The notes: a model not told the origin generated them from the sequence alone. DNA of 58,443 nt from an uncultured Lachnospiraceae bacterium (GCA_910577445.1 CAJTMZ010000007.1:1-58443); one strand, 5' to 3'. Numbered from the stretch's first letter, positions 28,828 through 40,068 are shown. Made by a program: numbers and translations.

Positions 28828-29439
28828 ATGAGGAAAAGTATGATAAAAAATATTGTGTTTGACATCGGAAACGTACTGGCCGGTTTTCACTGGCAGGATT
28901 ACTTTCACAGCTTCGGGTATTCGGACGAGGTGTTCGAGCAGTTGGCGGACGCCACGGTCAGAAGCACTGTCTGGAATGAAATGGACAGAGGTAAAATGAG
29001 CGACGACGAGCTGATTGCGGGGTTTATTGCAAACAATCCGGCGGTGGAAAAGGAAATCCGCGAGGTTTATGCGAACATGAGGGACATGATAGTGCGTTAT
29101 GACTATGCGTGTCCGTGGATTGAAGAACTAAAGGGGCGGGGGTACGGCGTTTATATTATCTCCAATTTCGGCGAGACGGCTTTCGCAGAATGCCAGGGCG
29201 CGCTTGATTTTTTGGAGAAAACGGACGGCGCGGTTATCTCTTATCAGGTAAAACTGGTGAAGCCGGATTATGAAATTTATCATCTTCTGTGCCGGAAATA
29301 CGGGCTGAAGGAGAGAGAATGCGTTTTTATTGACGATACGGAAAAGAACGTAAAAGCGGCCAGGGAAATCGGCATGAAAGGAATCGTGTTCTATAATCTT
29401 GCCCAGGCAAAAGAGGAACTGGAGTCTGTTCTGGCATAG
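28828..29439 (+). CDS. HAD-family phosphatase
   Basis: FDIGNVL, KPDYEIY, FIDD motifs; start codon uncertain. Confidence 0.85.
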   Translation: MRKSMIKNIVFDIGNVLAGFHWQDYFHSFGYSDEVFEQLADATVRSTVWNEMDRGKMSDDELIAGFIANNPAVEKEIREVYANMRDMIVRYDYACPWIEELKGRGYGVYIISNFGETAFAECQGALDFLEKTDGAVISYQVKLVKPDYEIYHLLCRKYGLKERECVFIDDTEKNVKAAREIGMKGIVFYNLAQAKEELESVLA

Positions 29440-29447
29440 GCGGCAAA

Positions 29448-29702
29448 TCAGGAGTCTTTCCGCCCGGAAGTATCGTTTTCGGGAGAAAACTCCGCGATGG
29501 TGGATTTGTTTGTGAATCTGCCGTAGGCCCAGATATAAATCCATAAAAGGATAGGCAGTCCCACGGTGGCGACGAGACAGGCCGCAAAGAGGCGGTCAGA
29601 GCCCGGAAAGTCCAGAAGGGAAATGACCAGAGTGGCTACATATAAAAGAACCAGTAAAATAATGCAGATAATTGCCGCGATTTGTTTTGGTTTTTTCTTC
29701 AT
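29448..29702 (-). CDS. Small two-TM membrane protein
   Basis: MKKKPKQIAAIICIILLVLLY...; aaggag RBS. Confidence 0.7.
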   Translation of the reverse strand: MKKKPKQIAAIICIILLVLLYVATLVISLLDFPGSDRLFAACLVATVGLPILLWIYIWAYGRFTNKSTIAEFSPENDTSGRKDS

Positions 29703-29724
29703 GGGAAAACTCCTTTGCATGGGT

Positions 29725-30708
29725 TTAATTGTCCTGTAAAAAGTGAAAAAGAGCCTGATAATAGCCCGTAAGCACATGGGAAGGGCTGTTATAAATCTCG
29801 TGCCGGCTCCCTTCTATCTGTATGAGCCTTGCAGACGGGGTCTGCGCCGCAAAACGTCTTATGGAGGACGCTTTCACAAGATGGTCGTCCGGAGACTGGA
29901 AAATAAGAACGGGAGCCGTTATTTTAGCGCAGTTTCTCTTCTGTGTGGCGGACCGGCAGGCAATAAGGGCCTGATAAGACCATCCGTAGCTTGCGCCGCT
30001 GGTCTGAAACAGCGGGTTGGCGGCTCTTTTTTTCTGATAATATTGGTATCTGGGCAGGCTTGTGCTGCAGCTATCCTCAAATCTTTCATCAGGGCAGTAG
30101 GCGCCCTGGCCAAAGGCGTAGCCGTCGTCCTTACGAAGGACGGTCAGAATCCGTCCGAGAGCAAGGGCACAGGGGGCGGGAACCGACAGGATAATACCCA
30201 GCATGGGCGCGGTTAAGACTGCCTTTTGGAAAGTGGCCGGGTAGGTTTCCAGATAAAGGGCGCCGATACAGCCGCCCATGGAATGGGCATACAAATAAAG
30301 AGGCAGGCCGTTGCAGAAAGGCATTACCGCTTTTTGGACAAAGGTATGCAGATTATCCACGTAGTCGGTAAACTGTCTCACATGAACCATGTGAGGGTGA
30401 CGGGTATCCCGCAGGGAGCGTCCGTGTCCCCGGTGGTCGGCCAGATACACCCGGTATCCCGCGCTTACAAAATAGTAAATGACTTCTTTATATTTTTCTA
30501 TGGATTCACTAAAGCCATGGCTGATGACGATTGCGCCTTTTTCCTCTTTCGGGCAGTATGCTTCATAGTAAAGCTTCCCTTCCGGCACATCCAGATATCC
30601 GCTTTGGCAGATTCCGGCAAGAAAAGGCTCCACCTTTTTTGTCATGGCAGAGTGAAATTCCGAATCTTCAAGTATGGTTGTGTTTTTCTGAAAAGATGAG
30701 TTATTCAT
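29725..30708 (-). CDS. Alpha/beta hydrolase (lysophospholipase-like)
   Basis: ISHGFSE, DHRGHGRS, AHSMGG, HEIYN. Confidence 0.9.
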   Translation of the reverse strand: MNNSSFQKNTTILEDSEFHSAMTKKVEPFLAGICQSGYLDVPEGKLYYEAYCPKEEKGAIVISHGFSESIEKYKEVIYYFVSAGYRVYLADHRGHGRSLRDTRHPHMVHVRQFTDYVDNLHTFVQKAVMPFCNGLPLYLYAHSMGGCIGALYLETYPATFQKAVLTAPMLGIILSVPAPCALALGRILTVLRKDDGYAFGQGAYCPDERFEDSCSTSLPRYQYYQKKRAANPLFQTSGASYGWSYQALIACRSATQKRNCAKITAPVLIFQSPDDHLVKASSIRRFAAQTPSARLIQIEGSRHEIYNSPSHVLTGYYQALFHFLQDN

Positions 30709-30715
30709 AATACTT

Positions 30716-31078
30716 TCACATGACTATATGCTTTTTAATAGCTTCAAAACTTTCCCGGCTTAAAACGTGTTCGATTTTACAGGCATCCTGTGCGGCGGTT
30801 TTTTCGTCAACGCCCAGACTTGTCAGCCATTTGGTAAACAGCTCGTGACGCTCGTAAATCATTTCCGCGATTTCCCGGCCTGTCTGTGTCAGATAAATAA
30901 ACCCTTCCTTTGTGACGGTAATATGTTCCCGTTCGCGCAGGTTTTTCATGGCCACGCTGACGCTTGACTTTTTAAAACCCAGTTCCTCGGCGATATCCAC
31001 CGAACGGACGACAGGGCGGGATTTGCTCAATATTAATATTGTTTCCAGATAATTTTCCGAAGATTCGCTGGTGTTCAT
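30716..31078 (-). CDS. DtxR/MntR-family metal-dependent repressor
   Basis: ENYLETIL...VRSVDIAEELG...ERHE...DACKIEH; divergent from feo. Confidence 0.92.
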   Translation of the reverse strand: MNTSESSENYLETILILSKSRPVVRSVDIAEELGFKKSSVSVAMKNLREREHITVTKEGFIYLTQTGREIAEMIYERHELFTKWLTSLGVDEKTAAQDACKIEHVLSRESFEAIKKHIVM

Positions 31079-31178
31079 ATTTTCCTCATTCCTACGAGCC
31101 GCATTTTCTTTTTCGCAGTGTAATTTATTATATCATAAAAACCGCTTAAGAAATATTAAAAATTTGGAAAAATAATTA

Positions 31179-31209
31179 TTGACAACTAATATATATTAGC
31201 ATATACTAA
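31179..31209 (+). promoter_or_regulatory. feo promoter with overlapping TTAG-N6-CTAA operator
   Basis: TTGACA (31179-31184), 17 bp, TATACT (31202-31207); TTAGCATATACTAA at 31196-31209. Confidence 0.7.
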
Positions 31210-31292
31210 CTTAAGACAGAATAAAATAACAAAAGGAAGAAAAGTAAAACATCCGCGGAAATAAAAAATATGATTGGAAAGAAGGTGGGACA

Positions 31293-31505
31293 ATGCCGTT
31301 ATCGATGATGAGAGAAGGGGAGCCCGGCGTGATACATAAAGTGGGCGGTAAGGAGGAAACCAGAAGGTTTCTTGAAAATCTTGGTTTTGTGGCCGGTGGG
31401 ATTGTGACAGTGGTTACACAGACAAGAGGCAATCTGATTGTCAACGTGAAAGATGCAAGGATTGCAATCGGCAGGGACATGGCGAATAAGGTTATGGTGG
31501 GCTGA
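31293..31505 (+). CDS. feoA: Ferrous iron transport protein FeoA
   Basis: MPLSMMREGE...RRFLENLGFVAG...RIAIGRDMANKVMV. Confidence 0.9.
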   Translation: MPLSMMREGEPGVIHKVGGKEETRRFLENLGFVAGGIVTVVTQTRGNLIVNVKDARIAIGRDMANKVMVG

Positions 31506-31570
31506 AATGCCTGACAGTCTGCTTTCCGCGGGATTGCGGACTTATGAATAAAAAGAACAGGAGGACGGTT

Positions 31571-31792
31571 ATGAAAACACTGAGAGAAATTCCCTGCAAA
31601 GATACGGTAAGGGTAACGGGAATCACCGGGGAAGGCGCGGTGAAAAGAAGAATAATGGATATGGGAATTACCAAAGGAGTGGAGATATTTGTCAGGAAAA
31701 AAGCCCCCCTTGGGGACCCGCTGGAGGTTACGGTGCGCGGATATGAGCTTACCATACGCAAGGCGGACGCCGCTATGATTCTGGTTGAGTGA
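31571..31792 (+). CDS. feoA: Ferrous iron transport protein FeoA (second copy)
   Basis: RRIMDMGITKG...APLGDPLEVTVRGYELTIRK. Confidence 0.92.
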   Translation: MKTLREIPCKDTVRVTGITGEGAVKRRIMDMGITKGVEIFVRKKAPLGDPLEVTVRGYELTIRKADAAMILVE

Positions 31793-31893
31793 ACGGGCCT
31801 TTCTCAGGTTTTCCGCAAGGGAAACCGGACTTTTTAAAGCGAGGAAAATCTACAGACAGCGGCGGAGCGCGCCGTTTCTTTTCAGACTTAGAG

Positions 31894-31907
31894 TTAGTTT
31901 AAACTAA
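31894..31907. promoter_or_regulatory. Second TTAG-N6-CTAA palindrome, upstream of feoB
   Basis: Perfect palindrome TTAGTTTAAACTAA. Confidence 0.6.
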
Positions 31908-31930
31908 TAAATGATAGAGGAGGAATACAC

Positions 31931-34114
31931 ATGGCAGTTAAAATCGCGCTTGCAGGCAATCCGAACTGCGGAAAAACAACCTTATTTAACGCGCTGACGG
32001 GCTCTAACCAGTTTGTGGGAAACTGGCCGGGGGTTACGGTAGAAAAGAAAGAGGGAAAATTAAAGGGCAGAAGGGACGTAGTGATTATGGATTTGCCCGG
32101 CATTTATTCCCTTTCTCCTTACACGCTTGAGGAAGTGGTGGCGAGAAATTATCTGATTGGGGAAAGGCCGGACGCCATCATCAATATTGTGGACGGAACC
32201 AATATCGAGAGAAATCTGTATCTGTCCACGCAGCTTTTAGAGCTGGGGATTCCTCTTGTGATGGCCGTGAATATGATGGATATCGTGGAAAAAAGCGGGG
32301 ATGAAATCGACGTTTCAAAGCTGGGTAAAAGGCTGGGCTGCGAGGTGATGGAAATTTCCGCGCTGAAAGGAACGGGTATTTTAAAGGTGGCGGAGCGGGC
32401 GGCAGCCCTTGGGGAAACGGGTTTAGTTCCCGAGCCGGTTCACAGATTTTCCCCGAAAGTGGAGGAAGCGCTGGCCGCTGTCGGGGAGAAGATTGGCGGT
32501 GAAATCCCAAAAGAGCAGAAGCGTTTCTTCGCGGTAAAATTACTGGAAAAGGACAGCAAAATTGCGGGGCAATTAGAAAAGGTCCCCGATATTTCTGTGG
32601 AAATTGACAAAATAGAAAAAGAAATGGATGATGATACCGAAAGCATTATTACCAGCGAGCGGTACGCCTATATCAGCTCTGTTACCGGCGAATGCTGTAA
32701 GAAAGCGGACACAAGAAAGCTGACGGCATCGGATAAAATCGACAGGGTGGTGACAAACAGATGGGCGGCGCTTCCCATTTTTGCGGCAGTGATGTTTCTG
32801 GTTTATTACGTTTCGGTAACCACGGTGGGAACATGGGCTACAGACTGGGCAAATGACGGCGTGTTCGGAGAAGGATGGAGCCTGTTTGGGCATTGGATAC
32901 CGGGCATTCCCGCATTTCTGGGAAATCTGCTGGAAGCAGTGGGCTGTGCGGACTGGCTTTCGGGGCTGATTCTGGACGGCATTGTGGCCGGCGTGGGCGC
33001 GGTGCTGGGCTTTGTGCCCCAGATGCTGGTGCTTTTCATCTTCCTTGCCTTTCTGGAAGCCTGCGGATATATGGCGAGGATTGCCTTTATCATGGACAGA
33101 ATTTTCAGAAAGTTCGGCCTTTCGGGGAAATCCTTTATACCCATGTTAATCGGAAGCGGCTGCGGGGTTCCGGGGATTATGGCCTCCCGCACCATTGAAA
33201 ACGACAGAGACAGAAAAATGACCATTATGACCACGACCTTTGTGCCCTGCGGGGCGAAGCTTCCTATTATAGGGCTGATAGCGGGCGCGCTTTTCGGCGG
33301 CGCATGGTGGGTGGCTCCCAGCGCCTACTTTGTGGGAATTGCGGCGATTATCTGTTCCGGTATCATTCTGAAAAAGACAAAAATGTTTGCAGGCGACGCG
33401 GCGCCCTTTGTTATGGAGCTTCCGGCTTACCATATGCCCACGGTGAGCAGCGTTCTTCAAAGCATGTGGGAGCGGGGATGGTCCTTTATCAAAAAAGCCG
33501 GTACCGTCATCATGCTATCGACGATTATTCTCTGGTTTCTTATGAGCTTCGGATGGTCTGAGGGGTCTTTCGGAATGCTTGAGGCCGAAGAGCTTGATTT
33601 AAGTATACTTGCCTTTCTCGGAAATATTTTTGCCCCTGTATTCGCACCTCTCGGCTGGGGGGACTGGAAAATGGCGGTTGCGGCCATTACAGGTCTGATT
33701 GCAAAAGAAAACGTAGTGGGAACATTCGGTATTCTTTACGGATTTGCGGAGGTCGCCGAGGACGGAGAGGAAATCTGGGGACAGCTTGCCGGAAGCATGA
33801 CGGCTGCTGCGGCATATTCTTTCCTGGTATTTAACCTTCTGTGCGCTCCCTGCTTTGCGGCAATGGGCGCAATAAAGCGGGAAATGAACAATATCAGATG
33901 GTTCTGGTTTGCAGTGGGCTATCAGACAGTCCTTGCCTATGCGGTTTCTCTCTGTATTTTCCAGCTTGGCACATGGTTTGCCGGCGGCGGATTCGGTATC
34001 GGCGCGGCAGCGGCGGTTCTTCTGGTTATCGGGTTTATCTATCTGCTTTTTTGTCCGGCGAAGGACAGTGTCGGGCTAAAGGTTGACATGAGAAGAATGG
34101 CGCGTGTAAAATAA
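31931..34114 (+). CDS. feoB: Ferrous iron transporter FeoB
   Basis: GNPNCGKT, GNWPGVTVE, DLPGIYSL G-domain; GCGVP and PCGAKLP gate motifs. Confidence 0.97.
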   Translation: MAVKIALAGNPNCGKTTLFNALTGSNQFVGNWPGVTVEKKEGKLKGRRDVVIMDLPGIYSLSPYTLEEVVARNYLIGERPDAIINIVDGTNIERNLYLSTQLLELGIPLVMAVNMMDIVEKSGDEIDVSKLGKRLGCEVMEISALKGTGILKVAERAAALGETGLVPEPVHRFSPKVEEALAAVGEKIGGEIPKEQKRFFAVKLLEKDSKIAGQLEKVPDISVEIDKIEKEMDDDTESIITSERYAYISSVTGECCKKADTRKLTASDKIDRVVTNRWAALPIFAAVMFLVYYVSVTTVGTWATDWANDGVFGEGWSLFGHWIPGIPAFLGNLLEAVGCADWLSGLILDGIVAGVGAVLGFVPQMLVLFIFLAFLEACGYMARIAFIMDRIFRKFGLSGKSFIPMLIGSGCGVPGIMASRTIENDRDRKMTIMTTTFVPCGAKLPIIGLIAGALFGGAWWVAPSAYFVGIAAIICSGIILKKTKMFAGDAAPFVMELPAYHMPTVSSVLQSMWERGWSFIKKAGTVIMLSTIILWFLMSFGWSEGSFGMLEAEELDLSILAFLGNIFAPVFAPLGWGDWKMAVAAITGLIAKENVVGTFGILYGFAEVAEDGEEIWGQLAGSMTAAAAYSFLVFNLLCAPCFAAMGAIKREMNNIRWFWFAVGYQTVLAYAVSLCIFQLGTWFAGGGFGIGAAAAVLLVIGFIYLLFCPAKDSVGLKVDMRRMARVK

Positions 34115-34144
34115 TGACAGGAATGGTAAACAAGGAGGTTTGTT

Positions 34145-34288
34145 ATGGGAACAGCAATCACGGCGGCAGTCCTGGCTGTTATTGTGGGATTGGCCGTAAG
34201 AAAGATGATACGGGATAAAAAAAGCGGGAAATCCCTGCAGTGCGGATGTGACTGCGCAAAGTGCGGAGGGTGCGGGCACAAAGTATAA
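34145..34288 (+). CDS. FeoB-associated Cys-rich small membrane protein (47 aa; below the ORF track cutoff)
   Basis: Hand translation MGTAITAAVLAVIVGLAVRKMIRDKKSGKSLQCGCDCAKCGGCGHKV; aaggagg RBS. Confidence 0.85.
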   Translation: MGTAITAAVLAVIVGLAVRKMIRDKKSGKSLQCGCDCAKCGGCGHKV

Positions 34289-34456
34289 ACTGCATACAAT
34301 TCATTGCATACAAATTTCATAATTATAAAAAGGCAGGGTCTGTTTGTACGGCAGGCTCTGTCTTTTTGCAAAAAGGTCTTTTTTCAGGGCAGTAAATATA
34401 GTACACTGAAAACATACGAAAAGGAATGGAAAGGGAAAGAAACGGAGGAAGAAAAA

Positions 34457-35539
34457 ATGAACCGGTGGAACGAATATGATAAGGACAGGGAGCGTCTGGT
34501 GGAGCCCACCTGCGACGAACTGCAGTACTGCGGAAGAATTGACGACGAGGATGCGGACGCACCGGTGTTTACCATGCCGGGAAGCTTTGTGCGGATGGCC
34601 TTTACGGGGTCTTCCAGCATAAGGGCGGTGGTAATCAATAAGCGGAACTACCACCGTTCCTTTCTGGGCGTGCTTCTTAACGATACCCAGAGCAGTATTG
34701 AGGTGGAAAAGGACGGGGAGCCGGTGGTTCTCACCCTTGCGGAGAATCTGGATAAAGGCACGGAGCACATGGTTACCCTTTTTAAAAGAATGGATAACTG
34801 CCATGAATACGCCTTTTTAGGCTTTCTTCTGGAATATGGGGCGAGGGTGGTAAAGGCCAGACCCCTGCCGAGAAAGAAGATGGAGTTTTACGGGGATTCG
34901 GTGACCGCCGGGGAAGTGGCGGAGGCGACGGCTTTCTGCGGAAAGGAGGACCCGGAAAACGAAGGGGAGTTTTCCAACGCCTATTTTTCCTATGCCTGGG
35001 CGACGGCGCGCCTGCTCCATGCAAGGGTTCATCTGGTGGCTCAGGGCGGGATTGCATTTGGCGACGGCGCCGGTTATCTGATGGACGGAAAGGCTGGAAT
35101 GGAAAGCTGTTACAGAAAGGTGCGGTTTTATCAGGAAGAAGGGGAGCGTAAGGACTGGAATTTCAACCGCTATACGCCCCATGTGGTGGTAGTGGCAATC
35201 GGGCAAAATGATGCATATCCGGTGGATATCATGCAGGATGAACAGGGGGAAAAGGCCAGGGAATGGAGAAGAAAGTATAAGGAATGGATACTTTCTTTAA
35301 GGGAATTGTACCCGAAAGCATGGATAGTTCTGTCCACCACGATTCTCAACCATAATGCGGGATGGGACAGAAGCATCGGGAAAGTATGCGCAGAATTGAA
35401 CGATTCCAGAATCGTGCATTTTCTTTACAGTATGAATGGAAGAGGGACGCCGGGGCACATAAGAGTGCAGGAAGCGATGAATATGGCGCTGGAATTATCA
35501 GGATTTATTAACGGCCTCGGAAATAGTGTGTGGGAATAA
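34457..35539 (+). CDS. SGNH/GDSL esterase, CE2-like carbohydrate acetylesterase
   Basis: EFYGDSVTAG, AQGGI, IGQND, C-terminal GH; N-terminal beta domain. Confidence 0.75.
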   Translation: MNRWNEYDKDRERLVEPTCDELQYCGRIDDEDADAPVFTMPGSFVRMAFTGSSSIRAVVINKRNYHRSFLGVLLNDTQSSIEVEKDGEPVVLTLAENLDKGTEHMVTLFKRMDNCHEYAFLGFLLEYGARVVKARPLPRKKMEFYGDSVTAGEVAEATAFCGKEDPENEGEFSNAYFSYAWATARLLHARVHLVAQGGIAFGDGAGYLMDGKAGMESCYRKVRFYQEEGERKDWNFNRYTPHVVVVAIGQNDAYPVDIMQDEQGEKAREWRRKYKEWILSLRELYPKAWIVLSTTILNHNAGWDRSIGKVCAELNDSRIVHFLYSMNGRGTPGHIRVQEAMNMALELSGFINGLGNSVWE

Positions 35540-35733
35540 AATATATCGCCTTTGACATGACAGGGAAAGATATGACATTTTGCGTTTTGTGCAAATTTCA
35601 TATCTTTCTCTTTTATTATTGATTTTTCTATACAAATGTGCTATTGTATAAAAAGACCGGAAAATAAGCCGACTTAGAGAAATCTGTTCAGGAGACGGTT
35701 GTTATTCCGAAAAAACAGGAGGTATAAAAAGTT

Positions 35734-37656
35734 ATGAAATCACGCACTAAAAGACTGGTTGCACTATTTGCAACCCTGGCTATGACAGCATCACTGCTGG
35801 CGGGCTGCGGCGGCGGCTCCGAACCAACAACAAGTGATACTCCGGCCACAACGGACGATGTGGCGGCAGATGACGCTGCTACCGACGACGCAGCGACAAC
35901 CGACGACGCTGCTACTGATGATGCTGCGGGTGATACCGCGTCTGCAGGCGACACCACAAGCACGCCGAGAAACGAGACCCTGTATTTTGCAGGACAGCAG
36001 TGGGGAACCATCAACGACTGGAACCCGTTCTCAACCAACTCCAACAATCCGATGTGTATTCAGCAGAAGGATTCTTCCCGTACGCTGATTTACGAGACGC
36101 TCTTTATGTTCAATATGTTGGACGGAGAGCTTTATCCTCTGCTTGGAACAGAGTGGTCATGGGATGACGAGGCTATGACCAGCATGACCGTTAAGATGAA
36201 TCCTGACGCTCACTGGAGCGACGGTTCCGCCCTTACGGCAAACGATGTTGCTTATACATGGGAGGCCAATGTGAAATATGAATCTTCTCTTGGTATGGAT
36301 TTCCCGAATTATGTAGAGTCCATCACGGCGGTGGATGATGCCACAGTAGCTATCAAGTGCAAACTTGACGATGCAGGCAATCCGACCAATCCTCTGAAGG
36401 TTCAGCAGCTTCTTCAGCAGATGTACGTTATGCAGAAAGCATATCTTGAGACAGTTGAAGGAAGAAACAATTCCGATAAGGAAGCTATGAAGCTTGACAA
36501 GATGGAAGACCTTGTCGCTTCCGGTCCTTACATGCCTTTCTTTGACGACGACCAGAAAATTGTATTTATCAGAGACGAGAATTACTGGGGCCAGGCTGCT
36601 TCTATGTGGGGAAAACTTCCCGCACCGAAGTATATCGCACATGTAATCTATGCTGATAACAACGCAGGTCAGGTTGCATTAGAGGCAGGCGACGTTGACG
36701 TTTGTCAGCAGTTCACCACTGATGTGCAGAAACTCTGGGAAGAGAAGAACCTTCCTATTACTACATACATTGACGAGCCTCCTTACGGACAGTGCGCTAC
36801 CATGCCTTCCTGCTGGATGAACGTTGAAAAGCCCGGTCTTGACCAGGTAGCTGTAAGAAAAGCTATTGCCATGGCAACAGATTATGACCAGATTATTGCA
36901 TCTGCCATGTCCAATCAGTCTCCTACATTTACCGATGTTCCCCGTTCTACCATGAACCCCACAGACGGCGAGCAGGCTATGTATGACCATGACGCAGTAA
37001 AAGATTTACAGTTTGCAGGAAATGATATTGAAGGCGCAAAGGCTCTCCTTGACGAGGCGGGCATCGTTGACTCCGACGGCGACGGAATCCGTGAGTATAA
37101 CGGAACACCCCTTTCTTTCAAAGCTGAGTGTCCTAAGGGCTGGACAGACTGGATGGCTTCCCTTGAAATCGTGGCGGCTTCCGCTAAGGAAATTGGAATT
37201 GATATCCAGACTTACTTCCCTGACCAGAATACATTCTACGATGATATTACAACAGGTAACTTTGAAATTTGTATGAACTCTCCTTCAGGTTCTTCCATCA
37301 CCAATCCCTGGGGACGTTGTATGCAGTTCTTAAGCAGCCAGTACGCTGACCTTGAAGTAAACTGGAGCGGTAACTGGAGTCAGTACAGAAACGACGAAGC
37401 AGATGAGATTCTGGCTAAGATTCCTCTTGAGACAGACGAAGCTACGCTGAAAGAATACTATACAAGACTGAACGAGATTTATCTGACAGACGTTCCTAAC
37501 TTCGCGCTTATGTACAGACCGGAATTGTTCTACATTGTAAACGAGTCCGTATGGACAGGATATCCGATGAAGGATGACGGAAGCAACATTCCTCCTACCG
37601 ACTGTACAGACGGTTACGGAATTGCAGCTCTCTATAATCTGACACTGGTTGAATAG
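35734..37656 (+). CDS. Family-5 (Opp/Dpp-type) ABC substrate-binding lipoprotein, probably binding oligosaccharides
   Basis: Lipobox LLAGC, acidic DDAAT linker, PRNETLY, YETLF, WSDG..LTANDVAYT. Confidence 0.88.
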   Translation: MKSRTKRLVALFATLAMTASLLAGCGGGSEPTTSDTPATTDDVAADDAATDDAATTDDAATDDAAGDTASAGDTTSTPRNETLYFAGQQWGTINDWNPFSTNSNNPMCIQQKDSSRTLIYETLFMFNMLDGELYPLLGTEWSWDDEAMTSMTVKMNPDAHWSDGSALTANDVAYTWEANVKYESSLGMDFPNYVESITAVDDATVAIKCKLDDAGNPTNPLKVQQLLQQMYVMQKAYLETVEGRNNSDKEAMKLDKMEDLVASGPYMPFFDDDQKIVFIRDENYWGQAASMWGKLPAPKYIAHVIYADNNAGQVALEAGDVDVCQQFTTDVQKLWEEKNLPITTYIDEPPYGQCATMPSCWMNVEKPGLDQVAVRKAIAMATDYDQIIASAMSNQSPTFTDVPRSTMNPTDGEQAMYDHDAVKDLQFAGNDIEGAKALLDEAGIVDSDGDGIREYNGTPLSFKAECPKGWTDWMASLEIVAASAKEIGIDIQTYFPDQNTFYDDITTGNFEICMNSPSGSSITNPWGRCMQFLSSQYADLEVNWSGNWSQYRNDEADEILAKIPLETDEATLKEYYTRLNEIYLTDVPNFALMYRPELFYIVNESVWTGYPMKDDGSNIPPTDCTDGYGIAALYNLTLVE

Positions 37657-37691
37657 GAATAAGTTTACTGAATAAAAAATAATTCCTTGAT

Positions 37692-37730
37692 AAAGCCGGG
37701 CGGGGCTTAGGCTTTCCGCCCGGCTTTTTA
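37692..37730 (+). terminator. Stem-loop after the SBP gene (terminator or mRNA stabiliser)
   Basis: AAAGCCGGGCGG / CCGCCCGGCTTT followed by T-run. Confidence 0.75.
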
Positions 37731-37782
37731 TTCAATAAGCCGGTTCGCGAAGCGTGCCGGCGTTTGATGGCAAGGGGAAGGG

Positions 37783-38796
37783 GTGAAGCGTTTGAAAGGA
37801 TTTAAGAAGTATTACGGTCAGAAATTATTGTGGTATCTGATTACGTTGTTATTTGCAATCGTGCTGAACTTCGTACTGCCAAGACTCATGCCCGGTGACC
37901 CGGTGGCAAGTATTGCGGCAGGCGCTGTGTCCGGCATGACGGATACCACGGCGATTCAGAAGGTATTAAATGATTATGCGGAAAAATTCGGCGTCAACGA
38001 GCCCATGATTGTACAGTTCGGAATTTGGGCAAAGAACGCTATCCGCGGTGATTTCGGTGTTTCTTTTGGGCAGTATCCCAGAACGGTAGCGGATATTATT
38101 TCATCTTCCGTAGGGTGGACATTGGCCTTGCAGCTCCCGGCCATCATTGTGGGCTGGATTCTGGGTAACCTTTTAGGCGCTGTGGCTGCTTACATAAAGG
38201 GAGCCTTTGACAAGGTGATTCTTCCGGTATTTTTGTTTGTCAGCAATTTCCCGGCGTTCGGTATGGCGATTATCCTGCTGACGGTGTTTGGTATCAATCT
38301 GAAATGGTTCCCTACAAGCGGTGGCTATGGTTTTGATTTGATACCCAATGCAAGCTGGGAGTTTGTGAGTTCCGTGATTTCTCATTATCAGCTTCCTTTC
38401 TGGTCAATTGTATTGATTACCATCGGCGGTCAGGCAATCGGTATGCGTTCCATGGCAATTTATGAATTGAACGCGGATTATGTAAAATACAGCCGTTTCC
38501 TTGGAATCAAAGACAGAAAGATTGTAGGCTATGTGTTCAGAAACGCAATGCTTCCTCAGATTACCGGTCTGGCAATGAGCCTTGGAACCATGATGGGCGG
38601 CGCACTGGTTGCCGAGATTATCTTCAGTTATCCGGGACTTGGTTCTACACTGATGACGGCAGTAACCGGTCAGGACTATCCGCTGATTTCCGCATGTACG
38701 CTGATTATCACCGTGATGGTGCTTCTGGCCAACCTGTTTGTTGAACTTATTTACGGCGTCATTGACCCTCGTGTCAAGGCAGCACAGCAGGATTAG
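37783..38796 (+). CDS. ABC permease (OppB/DppB family)
   Basis: [33 protein letters not shown]. Confidence 0.92.
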   Translation: MKRLKGFKKYYGQKLLWYLITLLFAIVLNFVLPRLMPGDPVASIAAGAVSGMTDTTAIQKVLNDYAEKFGVNEPMIVQFGIWAKNAIRGDFGVSFGQYPRTVADIISSSVGWTLALQLPAIIVGWILGNLLGAVAAYIKGAFDKVILPVFLFVSNFPAFGMAIILLTVFGINLKWFPTSGGYGFDLIPNASWEFVSSVISHYQLPFWSIVLITIGGQAIGMRSMAIYELNADYVKYSRFLGIKDRKIVGYVFRNAMLPQITGLAMSLGTMMGGALVAEIIFSYPGLGSTLMTAVTGQDYPLISACTLIITVMVLLANLFVELIYGVIDPRVKAAQQD

Positions 38797-38806
38797 GAGG
38801 TGGATT

Positions 38807-40057
38807 ATGAAAAATACATTGAGACAGGTGTTCCATTCTCCCAAGTTCGTGCTTGGTTTTATCATTTTTGCAGGATTGCTTCTTACTACAATTTTCTACC
38901 CGCTGATAGTGACGGCAGACCCGCTTGAAATGGTAGGTAACGGTAATTTCTTCAAACCCGGCACCTATGTTTCCGTAAAAGATGCGGTGGAGGGTACCCG
39001 TTATACGCTCAATATTGACGCAAAGGCCAGCTCCATCGGCTCTAAAATCAGCGCCGAGGACAAGGAAGCCATGAAAGAATGGCTGACGAAGTTCGGCGGT
39101 GTTGCGGAAGCCGATATCAATCTTGAGGACGTGGAAGGACTGATTGGCCTCTGGGAGGCGAATTATTCCGCAGATGCGGAGCAGAAAGGGCTTACCGCTT
39201 CCAAAAAGAAATATTATGTCCGTCTGAATAATAATATTGACGGCATCCTTTCGGATAACGATGTGATTATCGCCCGTGAAAATCCGGAAACAGGAGAACT
39301 GGAGCAGAGTGCTTCCATTGGCTCCAAAGAATATGTCAATACCAAAGACGTTGCAAACAGAAGAACATTTATCTTAGGAACAGATAACTTCGGACGGGAT
39401 GTGCTGACAGAGCTTGTGGACGCGACCAAGACTTCCCTGCGCGTGGGGCTGATTGCCGGTATGATTGCGACTCTGATTGGACTGTTCCTGGGACTGATAT
39501 CCGGTTATGTGGGCGGTGTTGTGGATGACCTTATCATGTTCATCACCAATATGTTTACCGTTATCCCTTCATTCGTTCTTTTAATCCTGATTTCCTACTC
39601 TGTAGGACAGAACGCGAGAGGCGTCAATCTGGTAGGTATTATTATCGGAATCACTTCATGGACATGGACCACCCGTTCCGTGCGTTCACAGGTTATCTCC
39701 TTAAGAAACCGTGACCACGTAAATCTGTCAAAGCTTTCAGGACACAGCATGATGAGAATCGTTCTTACGGATATCCTGCCTTATCTTGCTTCCTACGTGG
39801 TAATGGCATTTATTTTACAGATATCTTCGGGTATCCTTGCCGAAGCGCAGCTTTCCATGCTGGGCCTTGGACCTTCATCCTCTACCACAGCTACCCTGGG
39901 ACTTATGATGAACTGGGCTACGCTTTATGCGGCGCCTCTTAACGGTTCCTGGTGGGCGTACTTCCCGGTTGTTGTTACCATCGCTCTGATTGCGTTTTCA
40001 CTTAACCTGATGAATACGGGATTAGACCAGGTATTTAACCCGCAGCTTAGAGATTAA
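38807..40057 (+). CDS. ABC permease (OppC/DppC family) with enlarged extracytoplasmic region
   Basis: [29 protein letters not shown] at 38807 after aggagg. Confidence 0.9.
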   Translation: MKNTLRQVFHSPKFVLGFIIFAGLLLTTIFYPLIVTADPLEMVGNGNFFKPGTYVSVKDAVEGTRYTLNIDAKASSIGSKISAEDKEAMKEWLTKFGGVAEADINLEDVEGLIGLWEANYSADAEQKGLTASKKKYYVRLNNNIDGILSDNDVIIARENPETGELEQSASIGSKEYVNTKDVANRRTFILGTDNFGRDVLTELVDATKTSLRVGLIAGMIATLIGLFLGLISGYVGGVVDDLIMFITNMFTVIPSFVLLILISYSVGQNARGVNLVGIIIGITSWTWTTRSVRSQVISLRNRDHVNLSKLSGHSMMRIVLTDILPYLASYVVMAFILQISSGILAEAQLSMLGLGPSSSTTATLGLMMNWATLYAAPLNGSWWAYFPVVVTIALIAFSLNLMNTGLDQVFNPQLRD

Positions 40058-40068
40058 GGAGGGATATC

